Assembly: GCA_965279515.1 (NCBI GenBank)
Contig: CBDIID010000003.1
Coordinates: 2,784,001-2,848,000 of the forward strand
DNA from: Turneriella sp.
GTDB lineage: Bacteria; Spirochaetota; Leptospiria; Turneriellales; Turneriellaceae
Reading direction: 5' to 3'
Length of the DNA stretch: 64,000 nt
Shown here: positions 50,101 through 59,420 of the stretch, one piece after another
How the letters are laid out: each line of letters opens with the position of its first letter
How positions within the stretch are numbered: position 1 is the first letter of the stretch
Program-made: the position numbers and the translations under genes
Notes under the pieces: model-generated
Told to the model about the DNA's origin: nothing
What the model saw: the letters and a program-made list of their open reading frames with translations, nothing else
Databases searched by the model: none

Positions 50101-50637
50101 CTACCAGTAGCTGTCGGTTTCGAAACGCATACAGCTTAACGTTCGATAAAATGGTCGTGAGCCACCGTTTACGGCAAAGATTTGTATCTCTTCGATGAAA
50201 CGGATACCTTCCCAGGTTAAATCGCTGTCTGAGATAAACCGGCGGCCATGGTTTTCCATAGCCAGGGCCGGAAGATATAGCTCTATTGCCAGCCGGATGA
50301 ACGCCGTCAGCGTTAAGCTAAGCTCAATAGCCGCAAGACGGATAATCTTCTCATCATCCCCATAGAGACACATCAAATGGCGATGCATATCGCGTGCAAG
50401 GTGAAGTCCTTGCTTAACACCCTGGGTGGAATTGCGCAATTTCTCGCTCCAACGCAACGAACACTTGCGGGCTAACCGTAATACACAAAACCGGGTAATT
50501 GTGGATAAAGTACGGCGGCGCTGAAAGGCAATGATCTTTATGCGATTCCATTGGGCAGGGGCGAGCCGCACCTCCAGGACATGGTTGATTCGAATCGGCT
50601 TTCCTGCGAGAAACCGGGGTTGTCGTGTGCATTGCAT
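50101..50637 (-). CDS. hypothetical protein, DUF1564-like (Leptospiraceae, ribbon-helix-helix-like)
   Basis: VRLAPAQWNRIKIIA...TITRF and IRLAAIELSLTLTAFIR form duplicated RHH-like patterns. Family assignment is from memory. Confidence 0.5.
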   Translation of the reverse strand: MQCTRQPRFLAGKPIRINHVLEVRLAPAQWNRIKIIAFQRRRTLSTITRFCVLRLARKCSLRWSEKLRNSTQGVKQGLHLARDMHRHLMCLYGDDEKIIRLAAIELSLTLTAFIRLAIELYLPALAMENHGRRFISDSDLTWEGIRFIEEIQIFAVNGGSRPFYRTLSCMRFETDSYW

Positions 50638-50784
50638 AGAAATCTCCTATATAAGAAATACCAAAGGTTGCTCTTTTCTTCTCACTTTATCGCTGGAAAT
50701 TCTTGCGTCGAAAATATCACAAGCAAGCAAACGATACAGAGTTGATTCCGATTTCCGGTATGTCTAAGGCGGCGACCTTGACCC

Positions 50785-51732
50785 ATGTCAGATAAAAAAC
50801 GCGACGACCTTTTGGTCGAGACTCTCAACCCCGACATGGGGTATTTCTTCAGAACAGCGAAGAAACTCTATGAAACCCGCACGAAATTCCAGGATCTGGA
50901 AATCCACGAACTACCCCGCCACGGCCGCATGCTGCGCCTGGACGGCGTTTTCCAGACTTCAGACCGCGACGAATTCCTATACCACGAACCACTGGCCCAC
51001 GTCGGCGGTATCAGCATCGATGGCCCTAAAAAAGCTCTTGTCATCGGCGGCGGTGACGGCGGCGCCGCGGAGGAATTCCTCAAATATAAAACCATCGATA
51101 AAGTGGTCATGGTCGAACTCGATGGCGGCGTAGTCGATGCCTGCAAAGAACATATACCCGGAATCTGCGGCAATGCCTTCAATGACCCGAAACTCGAACT
51201 CCTGATCGAAGACGGCATCAAATACGTCTTCGAAACGAAAGAGACTTTTGATCAGGTGCTGCTCGATCTCACCGACCCCTTCGGACCTTCGATCGAACTG
51301 TACACACATGAGTTCTATGCGCAGATTTCCAAAATCTTATCTGACAAGGGTATCCTGAGTCTGCATATCGAGTCGCCGATCACGCGCCCTGAACTCTTCA
51401 GTAAGCTCTACTGGACCTTGAAGTCGGTGTTCCCGATCGTGAAGCCAATGACGAATTATGTCCCGTTGTATGGCACTCTCTGGGGATTTGCGCTCGCGTC
51501 AAAAACACAGGACCCGACTGCAGTTGATAAGAAAACCATCCTCGACAGGCTGGCCAAACACAACCTCGGCAAGCTGCAGTTCTATAATGAAGATACACAC
51601 CACTCGCTTTTTGCCCTCCCCAACTACGTGCGTGAGATGATAAAGGACGAACAAAAGCCGATTCGTAAGGGCGATACCCTGCCCGTGCCCGCCGGTTCGA
51701 AACGGAACCTTGCACTCTACGAGGGTGAGTAA
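50785..51732 (+). CDS. speE: polyamine aminopropyltransferase (spermidine synthase)
   Basis: LRLDG, DEFLYHE, LVIGGGDGG and DLTDP. Confidence 0.93.
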   Translation: MSDKKRDDLLVETLNPDMGYFFRTAKKLYETRTKFQDLEIHELPRHGRMLRLDGVFQTSDRDEFLYHEPLAHVGGISIDGPKKALVIGGGDGGAAEEFLKYKTIDKVVMVELDGGVVDACKEHIPGICGNAFNDPKLELLIEDGIKYVFETKETFDQVLLDLTDPFGPSIELYTHEFYAQISKILSDKGILSLHIESPITRPELFSKLYWTLKSVFPIVKPMTNYVPLYGTLWGFALASKTQDPTAVDKKTILDRLAKHNLGKLQFYNEDTHHSLFALPNYVREMIKDEQKPIRKGDTLPVPAGSKRNLALYEGE

Positions 51733-51865
51733 GAGACGCGACGAGGCCTTTGCTTTTTCTACGACAATTTTTTTGGCGTAAAAAAAAATGCAAAATCGTA
51801 GCTACCTAATTTCAGTTTACGGGTTCAAGGGTCGATAGAGTGAGGGGAATACTCATAAAGGGAGC

Positions 51866-52600
51866 ATGTATATGCTGAGCAATATAAAGAAAACAATTTT
51901 GGCCGCAACGGTCATTACGGCGACAATTTCACTGGGAGCGATTGAAGACGCTTTCAAAGCAGGCAAGGATAGCCAAAAGGCGACTGATCTCGCAGAAACG
52001 GAGAAGCGTCTCGACGACCAGATCCGTCAGGTAGCGGAGCGCCTGCAGGCACTCTACACTCTGCGCGATATCGCACCGAAAGTCAAGCTGACACCGACAC
52101 AGACGATTTTTGAAACCGGTAAAGACGAAGACGGTGACTTCATCGAGCTAAAAGCTTATACTTTCAACCCGCAGTCTTACAACTACGGCAAGCCAGTCGG
52201 AACTGCAACGAAGTCAATGAGGCTCTATTTCAACGGCAAGGATCTGTCACGCATCAAAACCATTGTCGATGATCAGAACTTCTACGAGCAGTACAAGTAC
52301 TACACAAAATCATCGCATCCGAACCCGGCGAAGGGAAATCCGAATGAGATGCAACTCGCTACCTCGTTTAACAAACCCACCGAAGTAGCGGAAAAAAACC
52401 CGGATTACAAGGTCAAACTCGCAGATGTTGAAAACGATCCAAGTAACCCGAACCGCATCAAGTTCAAGCGCGATTTTTACATCGAGCACCTGATCTATTT
52501 CGAGAAACTCTTCCGTTTTACCTTTGAATTCCAAAAGCGCGGAGCGTCTAACGGCGACGTTGAGACAATCCACCGCTTGAAGAACTCTCTGCGTTACTAA
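51866..52600 (+). CDS. fcpB: flagellar coiling protein FcpB-like sheath protein
   Basis: Signal peptide. ETEKRLDDQI, VEN...FKRDFYIEHL and C-terminal LKNSLRY resemble Leptospira FcpB as recalled (...LKDSLRY). Confidence 0.72.
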   Translation: MYMLSNIKKTILAATVITATISLGAIEDAFKAGKDSQKATDLAETEKRLDDQIRQVAERLQALYTLRDIAPKVKLTPTQTIFETGKDEDGDFIELKAYTFNPQSYNYGKPVGTATKSMRLYFNGKDLSRIKTIVDDQNFYEQYKYYTKSSHPNPAKGNPNEMQLATSFNKPTEVAEKNPDYKVKLADVENDPSNPNRIKFKRDFYIEHLIYFEKLFRFTFEFQKRGASNGDVETIHRLKNSLRY

Positions 52601-52697
52601 GCTTACGCAAACGCCTGGACAGCAATTCAACCCGTTCAGGCGGCAAAGCCGCCAGGAAAAATTATATCAGGCAAAGCTCGAGTCACTCGAGCTTTTT

Positions 52698-53375
52698 GTG
52701 CGTGTTATTGCGCATGACCTGAACGGGCCTCTGACAGGCATGAACCTGACCCTGCAGGCATGCCAGCGTCTGAATAAGAATCCGGAGATGCATAAACTCC
52801 TGGACTCCATCGACGGCGACCTGCGCCAGGCGACAGACCTTCTCGAAGAACTGAAATCTCTCAATCGCCGGGAAACCTACCGGCTGCAAAAACTCGATTT
52901 AGCCCATGAGGTGAAACAGCTTGTGGAACAGCTGCGTATTGCACCGCGTAGCCCGATATTTATTGATTTTACCGAAGCGAATGTCAAGCTGGTCGTCGCT
53001 GGTGATTTGTCCCGCCTGCGGCGTGTCTGGCAGAATATTATCCGCAACGCCATGGATGCGGCTGAGGCGGGAAAAAGAGACGAGCGACCGCGACTCATGA
53101 TTACGGTAAAACAAACGGGAAAAATGGCGCGCCTGCAATTCCGCGATAATGCTGGGGGAATTCCCCGCCAACGCCTGACGCGCGTCTTTGAACCGTTCTT
53201 TACGACCAAGGGTGAAAAGAACCGCGGCCTCGGTCTTTTTATTGCACGTAAGATTGTCAGCGAACACAACGGCAAAATTCGCGTCGTGTCGCGGCGCCCC
53301 TACACGCGCGTGACATTGGATCTGCCACTCAGCGCATTTGCCACGAATAGCCCGTCAGAGCGTAGCGAACCATGA
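52698..53375 (+). CDS. sensor-less histidine kinase (HisKA + HATPase_c)
   Basis: IAHDLNGPL, QNIIRNAMDA, DNAGGI, FEPFFTTK and GLGL. Start uncertain. Confidence 0.85.
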   Translation: MRVIAHDLNGPLTGMNLTLQACQRLNKNPEMHKLLDSIDGDLRQATDLLEELKSLNRRETYRLQKLDLAHEVKQLVEQLRIAPRSPIFIDFTEANVKLVVAGDLSRLRRVWQNIIRNAMDAAEAGKRDERPRLMITVKQTGKMARLQFRDNAGGIPRQRLTRVFEPFFTTKGEKNRGLGLFIARKIVSEHNGKIRVVSRRPYTRVTLDLPLSAFATNSPSERSEP

Positions 53376-54445
53376 CAAAACCGGCATCGACACCTTTTCT
53401 CGATTTCGGTGAAGCCGGTAAAAAAACCACCGGCAAAATACTACTCGTGGAAGACGTCGAATCGATACAGCTGGCGATCCGCGATTTTCTGTTCGCACGC
53501 TACGATGTGCAGTCGGTAACAACGGCCGAACATGCACTGATGGCGCTCGCCATGTCACCGGATATCGACCTGCTCATCACCGATATCAAACTGCCCGAAA
53601 TGAACGGCTTTGAACTCGGCAGGCTGGCGCGCAAACTGAGACCCGAGATTCCCATCATTATCATCACTTCGTACGATGTGAACGAATTCATCGACATCAT
53701 TAAAGAACACGGTTTTTCACAGATCATTACCAAACACGGCCGCATGAGCCTCAAGGAAATTGAGATCACGGTCGAGAAGATGCTATCGCAGGATATTTTC
53801 GGTGTAAAAAAGTATTTTCCTGAACTGCGCGAGAGTGAAATTACACTCGCGAATTTCCCCCGCACGTTTGCTAACGGCGTTTTATACACCACAAAAATTA
53901 AATCGCTGCACGAGCGCGGCGAACTTACGGACCGCATCGCGGCGCAATTTAAGTCGCAGAAGAGGGCACCGGAATCGACGACGAAACTGGTACTCGATGA
54001 AATCACTTCGAATGCCATGTTCCGCGCACCTGTGACCGATGGCGGAGAATTCAAGTACCAGACAAAAAATTCTCATCAGGATATCCTGCAGACGCACCAG
54101 AATATCGTGCTCGACGAGGAAGATCGCTTCACGCTGCAGTTTGGCATCAGCGACGAATGGATCATTATGGCCTGTATCGATCCGCACGGGCGGCTCACAA
54201 AAAAGGAAATACTCTACCGTCTGCACCGGCACCTGACGCTCGACCCGAATACCAGCCTGCCTGCGGGTCTGCACGATTCGCACGGTCGCGGCATTTTTTT
54301 GCTGCGCGAGCAACTGTCATCGCTGGTATTTAATATTGACCGCGGGCGTAAGACCGAGGTTATTTGCTTCTATAATTCAGCGGCCGCGCAGGCCTACAAA
54401 AATATTTCCGTTTATGAAATCGACAATGTCTCAAAACCTGATTGA
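53372..54445 (+). CDS. response regulator with RsbW-like GHKL output domain
   Basis: ILLVED and LITDIKLPEMNG receiver. LDEITSNAM and GRGIFLL in the C-half. Confidence 0.85.
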   Translation: MTKPASTPFLDFGEAGKKTTGKILLVEDVESIQLAIRDFLFARYDVQSVTTAEHALMALAMSPDIDLLITDIKLPEMNGFELGRLARKLRPEIPIIIITSYDVNEFIDIIKEHGFSQIITKHGRMSLKEIEITVEKMLSQDIFGVKKYFPELRESEITLANFPRTFANGVLYTTKIKSLHERGELTDRIAAQFKSQKRAPESTTKLVLDEITSNAMFRAPVTDGGEFKYQTKNSHQDILQTHQNIVLDEEDRFTLQFGISDEWIIMACIDPHGRLTKKEILYRLHRHLTLDPNTSLPAGLHDSHGRGIFLLREQLSSLVFNIDRGRKTEVICFYNSAAAQAYKNISVYEIDNVSKPD

Positions 54446-55133
54446 TCTGAAAAACCTGAGCTTTTCCTATGGCAAGCGGGTCATCCTCGATGGCATCGAC
54501 CTGAGTTTTCCCGCCGGAAGTTTCTCAGTCATCGCCGGCGAATCAGGCAGCGGCAAGAGCACACTGCTCTATATACTCGGAGGCTTCCAAAGGCCGGGTG
54601 GCGGTGAATATCTCTTTGAAGGGAAGCGGGTCTACCGCCGGTGGAGTGAATTCGGCCTGGGCCGTTTCCGGAAAAAAAACATCGGCTTTCTGTTCCAGGA
54701 TTTCCGCCTGCTGCCGTTTTTAACCGTAGAGCAGAACATCCGCTTTCCTGTCTATTTCTCGGGCATGCGTTTCGATACGGCGCGCCTTAAGGACCGCATG
54801 GAAAAGCTCGGCATCGCACACCGCGCTAAGGCATACCCTACGGCGATCTCGGGCGGTGAGGCCCAGCGTACGGGACTTTGCCGGGCGCTGCTCATGGACC
54901 CGCCCGTGTTACTGCTCGATGAACCCACAGGGAATCTCGACCGGGCAACAGAGAAGGCTATAGTCGATGTGCTCGAAGAGCTGAAGCAGGGCGGCCTGAC
55001 GCTGATCTGCGTTTCGCATAGTTCATTCATCATGGAGCGGGCAGACCATGTGCATTTTCTGAAGGATGGCAAGCTGCAAAGGCAGGAAAAAGCACCTGCC
55101 GCCAAGCCACGGGCAACGGTGAAAAAGAAATGA
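54426..55133 (+). CDS. ABC transporter ATP-binding protein (LolD/MacB-like)
   Basis: GESGSGKST, ISGGEAQR and LLDEPTGNLD. Confidence 0.92.
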   Translation: MSQNLIDLKNLSFSYGKRVILDGIDLSFPAGSFSVIAGESGSGKSTLLYILGGFQRPGGGEYLFEGKRVYRRWSEFGLGRFRKKNIGFLFQDFRLLPFLTVEQNIRFPVYFSGMRFDTARLKDRMEKLGIAHRAKAYPTAISGGEAQRTGLCRALLMDPPVLLLDEPTGNLDRATEKAIVDVLEELKQGGLTLICVSHSSFIMERADHVHFLKDGKLQRQEKAPAAKPRATVKKK

Positions 55134-56500
55134 ATATTTTGCGATTTGTTTTGCGCCGTCTCTACCTGATCGTCTTTATTGCACGAAAACATTTCATCCG
55201 CAATGCACTCTCTTCGATCGGACTCTTCTTATCGCTGCTCGTCGTCATCACGATTCTCGGGGTTCTCGAACCTGTCAAAAAGATGATTCGCCAGAAAATG
55301 GAGTCGAGCCTGCCGCCGCAGACGCTGCGCCTCGTACCCGATCTTTCTCTGATGGGAAAGGGCAATAAGAACTGGAATCTCTTTAAAAAAGAGCAGGATA
55401 ACCTGATGCCGATTACCAGCCGAACGCTGGAGCGCGCGAAACACTGGGGTAAGCCCGGCGACGTGCGGCAGGTGAGCGCAACACAGCTTCTGCAACAACC
55501 GGCAATTGGCCGCTTCGAAGACCCTATACTCTCGCAGCTGGGCTTCCAGTTCGATCTGGTGCTCCAGGGGGTGCCGCAGCCCATGCTGAAGCCGCTGATG
55601 CGCTGCCGTGCGCCCTACAAGGGTGTCCAGGTCGAGGACAAGGACGATAAGATGATCGATGAGATCCCCGTCGTCGTTCCCGAAACCTATCTCGAAATCA
55701 TGTATGCCTATGCAATGATCAACGGCCTGCCAAACATTAGCGCGCAGAATCTCATCGGCATGAAGCTCAGGGCGCAGTTAGGGCAGAGCATCGTTGGCAC
55801 TAAATGGTCAAAAACCGAGGATGCCTTGCTTGTGGTCTGCGGGTTTGCGCCCGCAGGGGTAATCTCTGCGCTCGGCGTGCCGCTCGAATGGGTACAGAAA
55901 AAACACCGCGAGCGGAAACAGCTGAATGCGCTGGCGAGTTACGACCAGATTTTCATCGAAGTGGCGAATGAAAAGGCGCTGCCCGCTGTACTCAAGGCTG
56001 CGCGCAGCGAACGGCTGCGCGTGCCTGAGCAGAGCAAGAAATTTGATTCGATTCTGAAATCGCTGGAAAAGCTCGACCTCATTTTCCTGATCGTTGCGGC
56101 GATCCTGGGGGGCCTTGCCGCGATAGCGCTCGCGAATTCCTTCGCGCTGCTCGCCGTGCAGAACCGTTATGAATTCGGTCTCTATCTCGTGTTCGGGTCC
56201 TCGATGTTTTTCTTATGGTTTCTGCTCGCAGTCGAAGGGGCATTATGGGGATTTATACATTCTTCCTTGGCGGTAATGCTATCTGAGCCGGCCCTCAAAT
56301 TTCTGCAGGGGCATCTCAATGAACTGCCATGGCTCACGAAATTATCCGGGGCCGATCTTTCTGAACTGAAACTTGAACTCAGCAATGCAGAGCGCTTCCT
56401 GATCTATGGTGCAACAATTGGCATCAGCGCCCTGGCATCACTGATACCTGGCGCGATTATTCTCGGAAAACGAACTCTCTCGCTCGTCAAGAAAGACTAA
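55130..56500 (+). CDS. ABC transporter permease (FtsX/MacB-like)
   Basis: N-terminal TM, large periplasmic domain, three C-terminal TMs. Overlaps the ATPase stop. Confidence 0.8.
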   Translation: MNILRFVLRRLYLIVFIARKHFIRNALSSIGLFLSLLVVITILGVLEPVKKMIRQKMESSLPPQTLRLVPDLSLMGKGNKNWNLFKKEQDNLMPITSRTLERAKHWGKPGDVRQVSATQLLQQPAIGRFEDPILSQLGFQFDLVLQGVPQPMLKPLMRCRAPYKGVQVEDKDDKMIDEIPVVVPETYLEIMYAYAMINGLPNISAQNLIGMKLRAQLGQSIVGTKWSKTEDALLVVCGFAPAGVISALGVPLEWVQKKHRERKQLNALASYDQIFIEVANEKALPAVLKAARSERLRVPEQSKKFDSILKSLEKLDLIFLIVAAILGGLAAIALANSFALLAVQNRYEFGLYLVFGSSMFFLWFLLAVEGALWGFIHSSLAVMLSEPALKFLQGHLNELPWLTKLSGADLSELKLELSNAERFLIYGATIGISALASLIPGAIILGKRTLSLVKKD

Positions 56501-57006
56501 GACCCTGTGGGATAGTTATCCTTGTGGAATTTAAGGATGCGCTGCAAATCGACTTCACTCTGCTCTTTGAATTCATAGACGATCAGTTTTTCGATTAATT
56601 TGCCGATACCGGGGATCTTAACGTTAGCCTCAATATCAATCCGTCTTTTGCTCTTGCCGTCGCCATCAGGCGTATACAGGGATCTCTCGTTAAACTGAAC
56701 CGCCGAATTTGCCAGTTTTAAGACCGTAAACGATGTGAACTCGGATGTTTTTTCATTGAAGGTTGTCGTTTCGTCGCAGGACAACGCTTCGCCATTGGCG
56801 AGTAATTTTTGCGCGAATAACGGCAGTGCCGTGCGAATCATCAGCTTATATTCGCGCGTCCGTAAATCCCCTTCGGTTTTATCTCCCAAGGGCTTAACCG
56901 CGGAAAACATATCCCAGATGTCGAGATGATCATACCGGGCTACGCGGATATCTACCAGCGTTTTGAAACTAAAGGGAAAGTGGTGTTCGAGTTTCGCGTG
57001 TTGCAC
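56497..57006 (-). CDS. DUF2505/START-like fold protein
   Basis: HHFPFSFKTL...NVKIPGIGKLIEKLI. GTG 57006 preferred as start. Confidence 0.7.
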   Translation of the reverse strand: MQHAKLEHHFPFSFKTLVDIRVARYDHLDIWDMFSAVKPLGDKTEGDLRTREYKLMIRTALPLFAQKLLANGEALSCDETTTFNEKTSEFTSFTVLKLANSAVQFNERSLYTPDGDGKSKRRIDIEANVKIPGIGKLIEKLIVYEFKEQSEVDLQRILKFHKDNYPTGS

Positions 57007-57053
57007 GGGTTCGAATGAGAAAGACAGAGTGTCGGTCAAAAACAAATCGCACC

Positions 57054-57551
57054 ATGCGTTACCAGCTCAGGCAAGAGTTCCCTTACCCGATTAAGACCGT
57101 GATTGCAGCGCGGGAGCTGCGCTACGACGACATCGACAATCAACCGGGACTCAAATCACAGGAACTTATGGGTACTGAAAGACAGGGGGCGGTGATCATC
57201 ACAAAACGGCTTTTTCGCTTCGGCACTGCAATTCCGGAAATCGTAAAAAAAATGGTGCCCGCCAAATTACTCGAAATGGTAGATACAAACTACTTTGATA
57301 CGGAAACGTATCTGAGCCGGTTTGTGATGCAATCCGAATATGCCCCGGAGAAAATTAAAATCACGGCGACCTGCCCTTATTTGGAAATTTCGGAAAATCT
57401 GACCGCGCGTGAATACGATGTGCTCGTCGAGGTCAATATTCCTATCGTGGGAAAATCCGTCGCCAACGCTGTCGCCGATTCCCACCGCGAAGCACTCATC
57501 AAGGACCACCAGATTATTCTCAACGCCTGCGCACGTCTTGCGGCACAGTAA
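57054..57551 (+). CDS. DUF2505/START-like fold protein
   Basis: QEFPYPIKTV...EVNIPIVGKSV. Paralog of the divergent neighbour. Confidence 0.72.
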   Translation: MRYQLRQEFPYPIKTVIAARELRYDDIDNQPGLKSQELMGTERQGAVIITKRLFRFGTAIPEIVKKMVPAKLLEMVDTNYFDTETYLSRFVMQSEYAPEKIKITATCPYLEISENLTAREYDVLVEVNIPIVGKSVANAVADSHREALIKDHQIILNACARLAAQ

Positions 57552-57591
57552 TCGGCTTGACCGACACCGCGGGTCTGCATAAGGAGGCTCC

Positions 57592-57954
57592 ATGAAATCC
57601 ATGCTTCAACTCTTAATCGCGCTCTGCGCGGCGGTAACCCTGCTTTATGCCGGCGCCAAAGAAACAGCGAAAGCCGAGATCGGCCGGCAGTTTGATTTGG
57701 TAAAAAGAGGCGACCTGGAAAAACTTAAGGCGCGCTTCACCGAGCGGCAAAAAGACCGCATCACATTGGAGAAGGTAAAAAAGGCACAGGCTGAGATCTC
57801 ACATTATACCATGGATGACCTGGTCGCATCGGCCATTGAGGGTGAATACCAGGGAAAAAAGACCATTAAAATCAAGATGAAAAACGGGCGCACCCTCACC
57901 ACCCTGATCCAGGAAGGGTCAGAGTGGTATTCCGATACAATCTGGTTCAGGTAG
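57592..57954 (+). CDS. secreted hypothetical protein
   Basis: AAGGAGG RBS and signal peptide. Confidence 0.75.
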   Translation: MKSMLQLLIALCAAVTLLYAGAKETAKAEIGRQFDLVKRGDLEKLKARFTERQKDRITLEKVKKAQAEISHYTMDDLVASAIEGEYQGKKTIKIKMKNGRTLTTLIQEGSEWYSDTIWFR

Positions 57955-57963
57955 CCGGAAAAA

Positions 57964-59115
57964 TTATTTCGCGCTCACATCGAGCGCGTTGGGCTTCACG
58001 TCGCCGATCTTGAGTTTGATCGAAAGACCTGAGGTCAGCAGGCGGTCAGCCAGGTCGAAGGATGAACCCTCGAACTCGACCTCGAGCTTTGCTGCCTTGC
58101 CGGCCGAACCCTTGGGATTCACAGCCTTGACGCCGCGCACTTTTTCAGTCAGCTCACCGCGCAGAACCATCAGTTTCTCATAGTCAAGACCTGTGACGAG
58201 CAGCGCAATTGTGCTGCCGCGATTGATATCCCACAAACTGACAATATCACTGACGAGTTTTTCGCGGATGGGAGTCACGGCCTTCTTCACAGCCTGCACA
58301 CCACCTGATTCGGCATTGATGTGCGGGTAGGCGCCGTGCTGCTGGTCTGCAGTCAGAATTTTACCGGTGTTTATATCGATCACGCGCACATTGAGATCGG
58401 CCTGTACTGAAATAAGCTGCGAACCGCCAACCTTACCGGCCTCTTTCACGCGGCTGGAACCCACGAGAATGATTTCGGCGCCCGCATCGACACCCAGCTC
58501 GCGGGCAGCAGAGTTATTGCCACCCAGCGCTTCGGAGATTTTCTTGCGGTTCTTTTTGACAATTTTCTCTACCGTGGCGCGATCGACAAAAGGAAATCCC
58601 GCAGAGATGAACTGCGCTTCGATTTCGGTCTGCGCCACCTTATTGGTGTCAGGCTTACCGTTGAAACTTTCGTCGACGAGCACCATCATGCGCGGTTTGC
58701 CCTGCGACGCCACAACTTCTTCGATGGTCTGATTGATGAGCGCCATGCTCACCTTTGCCTTAATTTTAACGTTATACTCGGCGTCTGAAACGGCCGACGA
58801 TGAAAGTATTTCGAAGGTTTCGATCATGCCCTCAGACTTGCTCGTGACAGTTTGTTTTACGAGCTGGAAGTTTTTTACATCGCTGCGCGCAGAAACCACG
58901 CTGCCCAAAACTTCCTGAACCGCTACGCGCTTGGCATCTTTAAGGGCTTCGTCTTTTGCGAGGCCGAGATTTCCGCTTTGAATCGCGGCAATGCCTGTCA
59001 CGGTTACCCAGCCGTCGTTCTCTTCAGGCTTTGCGGTAGTCGACTTGCATGCCGCCGCAAGGAACAGAAATGGGATTAAGATTGAAACTAAAACTCTATG
59101 TGATTTGATACGCAT
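57964..59115 (-). CDS. lipoprotein with FlgT-N/CsgG-like domains (LipL46-like)
   Basis: Lipobox AAAC. VTGIAAI...AKDEALKDAKRVAVQEVLG, KPRMMVLV and GAEIILVG. Confidence 0.7.
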   Translation of the reverse strand: MRIKSHRVLVSILIPFLFLAAACKSTTAKPEENDGWVTVTGIAAIQSGNLGLAKDEALKDAKRVAVQEVLGSVVSARSDVKNFQLVKQTVTSKSEGMIETFEILSSSAVSDAEYNVKIKAKVSMALINQTIEEVVASQGKPRMMVLVDESFNGKPDTNKVAQTEIEAQFISAGFPFVDRATVEKIVKKNRKKISEALGGNNSAARELGVDAGAEIILVGSSRVKEAGKVGGSQLISVQADLNVRVIDINTGKILTADQQHGAYPHINAESGGVQAVKKAVTPIREKLVSDIVSLWDINRGSTIALLVTGLDYEKLMVLRGELTEKVRGVKAVNPKGSAGKAAKLEVEFEGSSFDLADRLLTSGLSIKLKIGDVKPNALDVSAK

Positions 59116-59249
59116 ACATGCAGGCTGAGAATAGCTATTTTACCCGTAAAGCACTTGGCGCTTAGCGGATCTGGAAAATTTTGGGCTCGATTTTCTCACC
59201 TGCGCCGCTGAGCAGATACCAGGCACTCTTGTCGTTCATCGAAAATTAA

Positions 59250-59420
59250 CGCCGTGCGTCAGTGAGGTATCGACCGCGCTTAAAAACGCCAACGGCCCCA
59301 TGAGAATTTCATCCGCACCCAGCGCAAACATCGTCACCGCCGTTCGATTTTATGAAAAAATACAGTGTATCCTGCACACCCCAGTCGCGTATCGTTTCAT
59401 AGAGCCGCTGCCGGCATGTG
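59250..59420 (-). pseudogene. deleted remnant of SDH_sah/ClpP-like serine protease gene
   Basis: LYFFIKSNGG, then in another frame TMFALGADEILMGPLAFLSAVDTSLTH. Confidence 0.6.
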
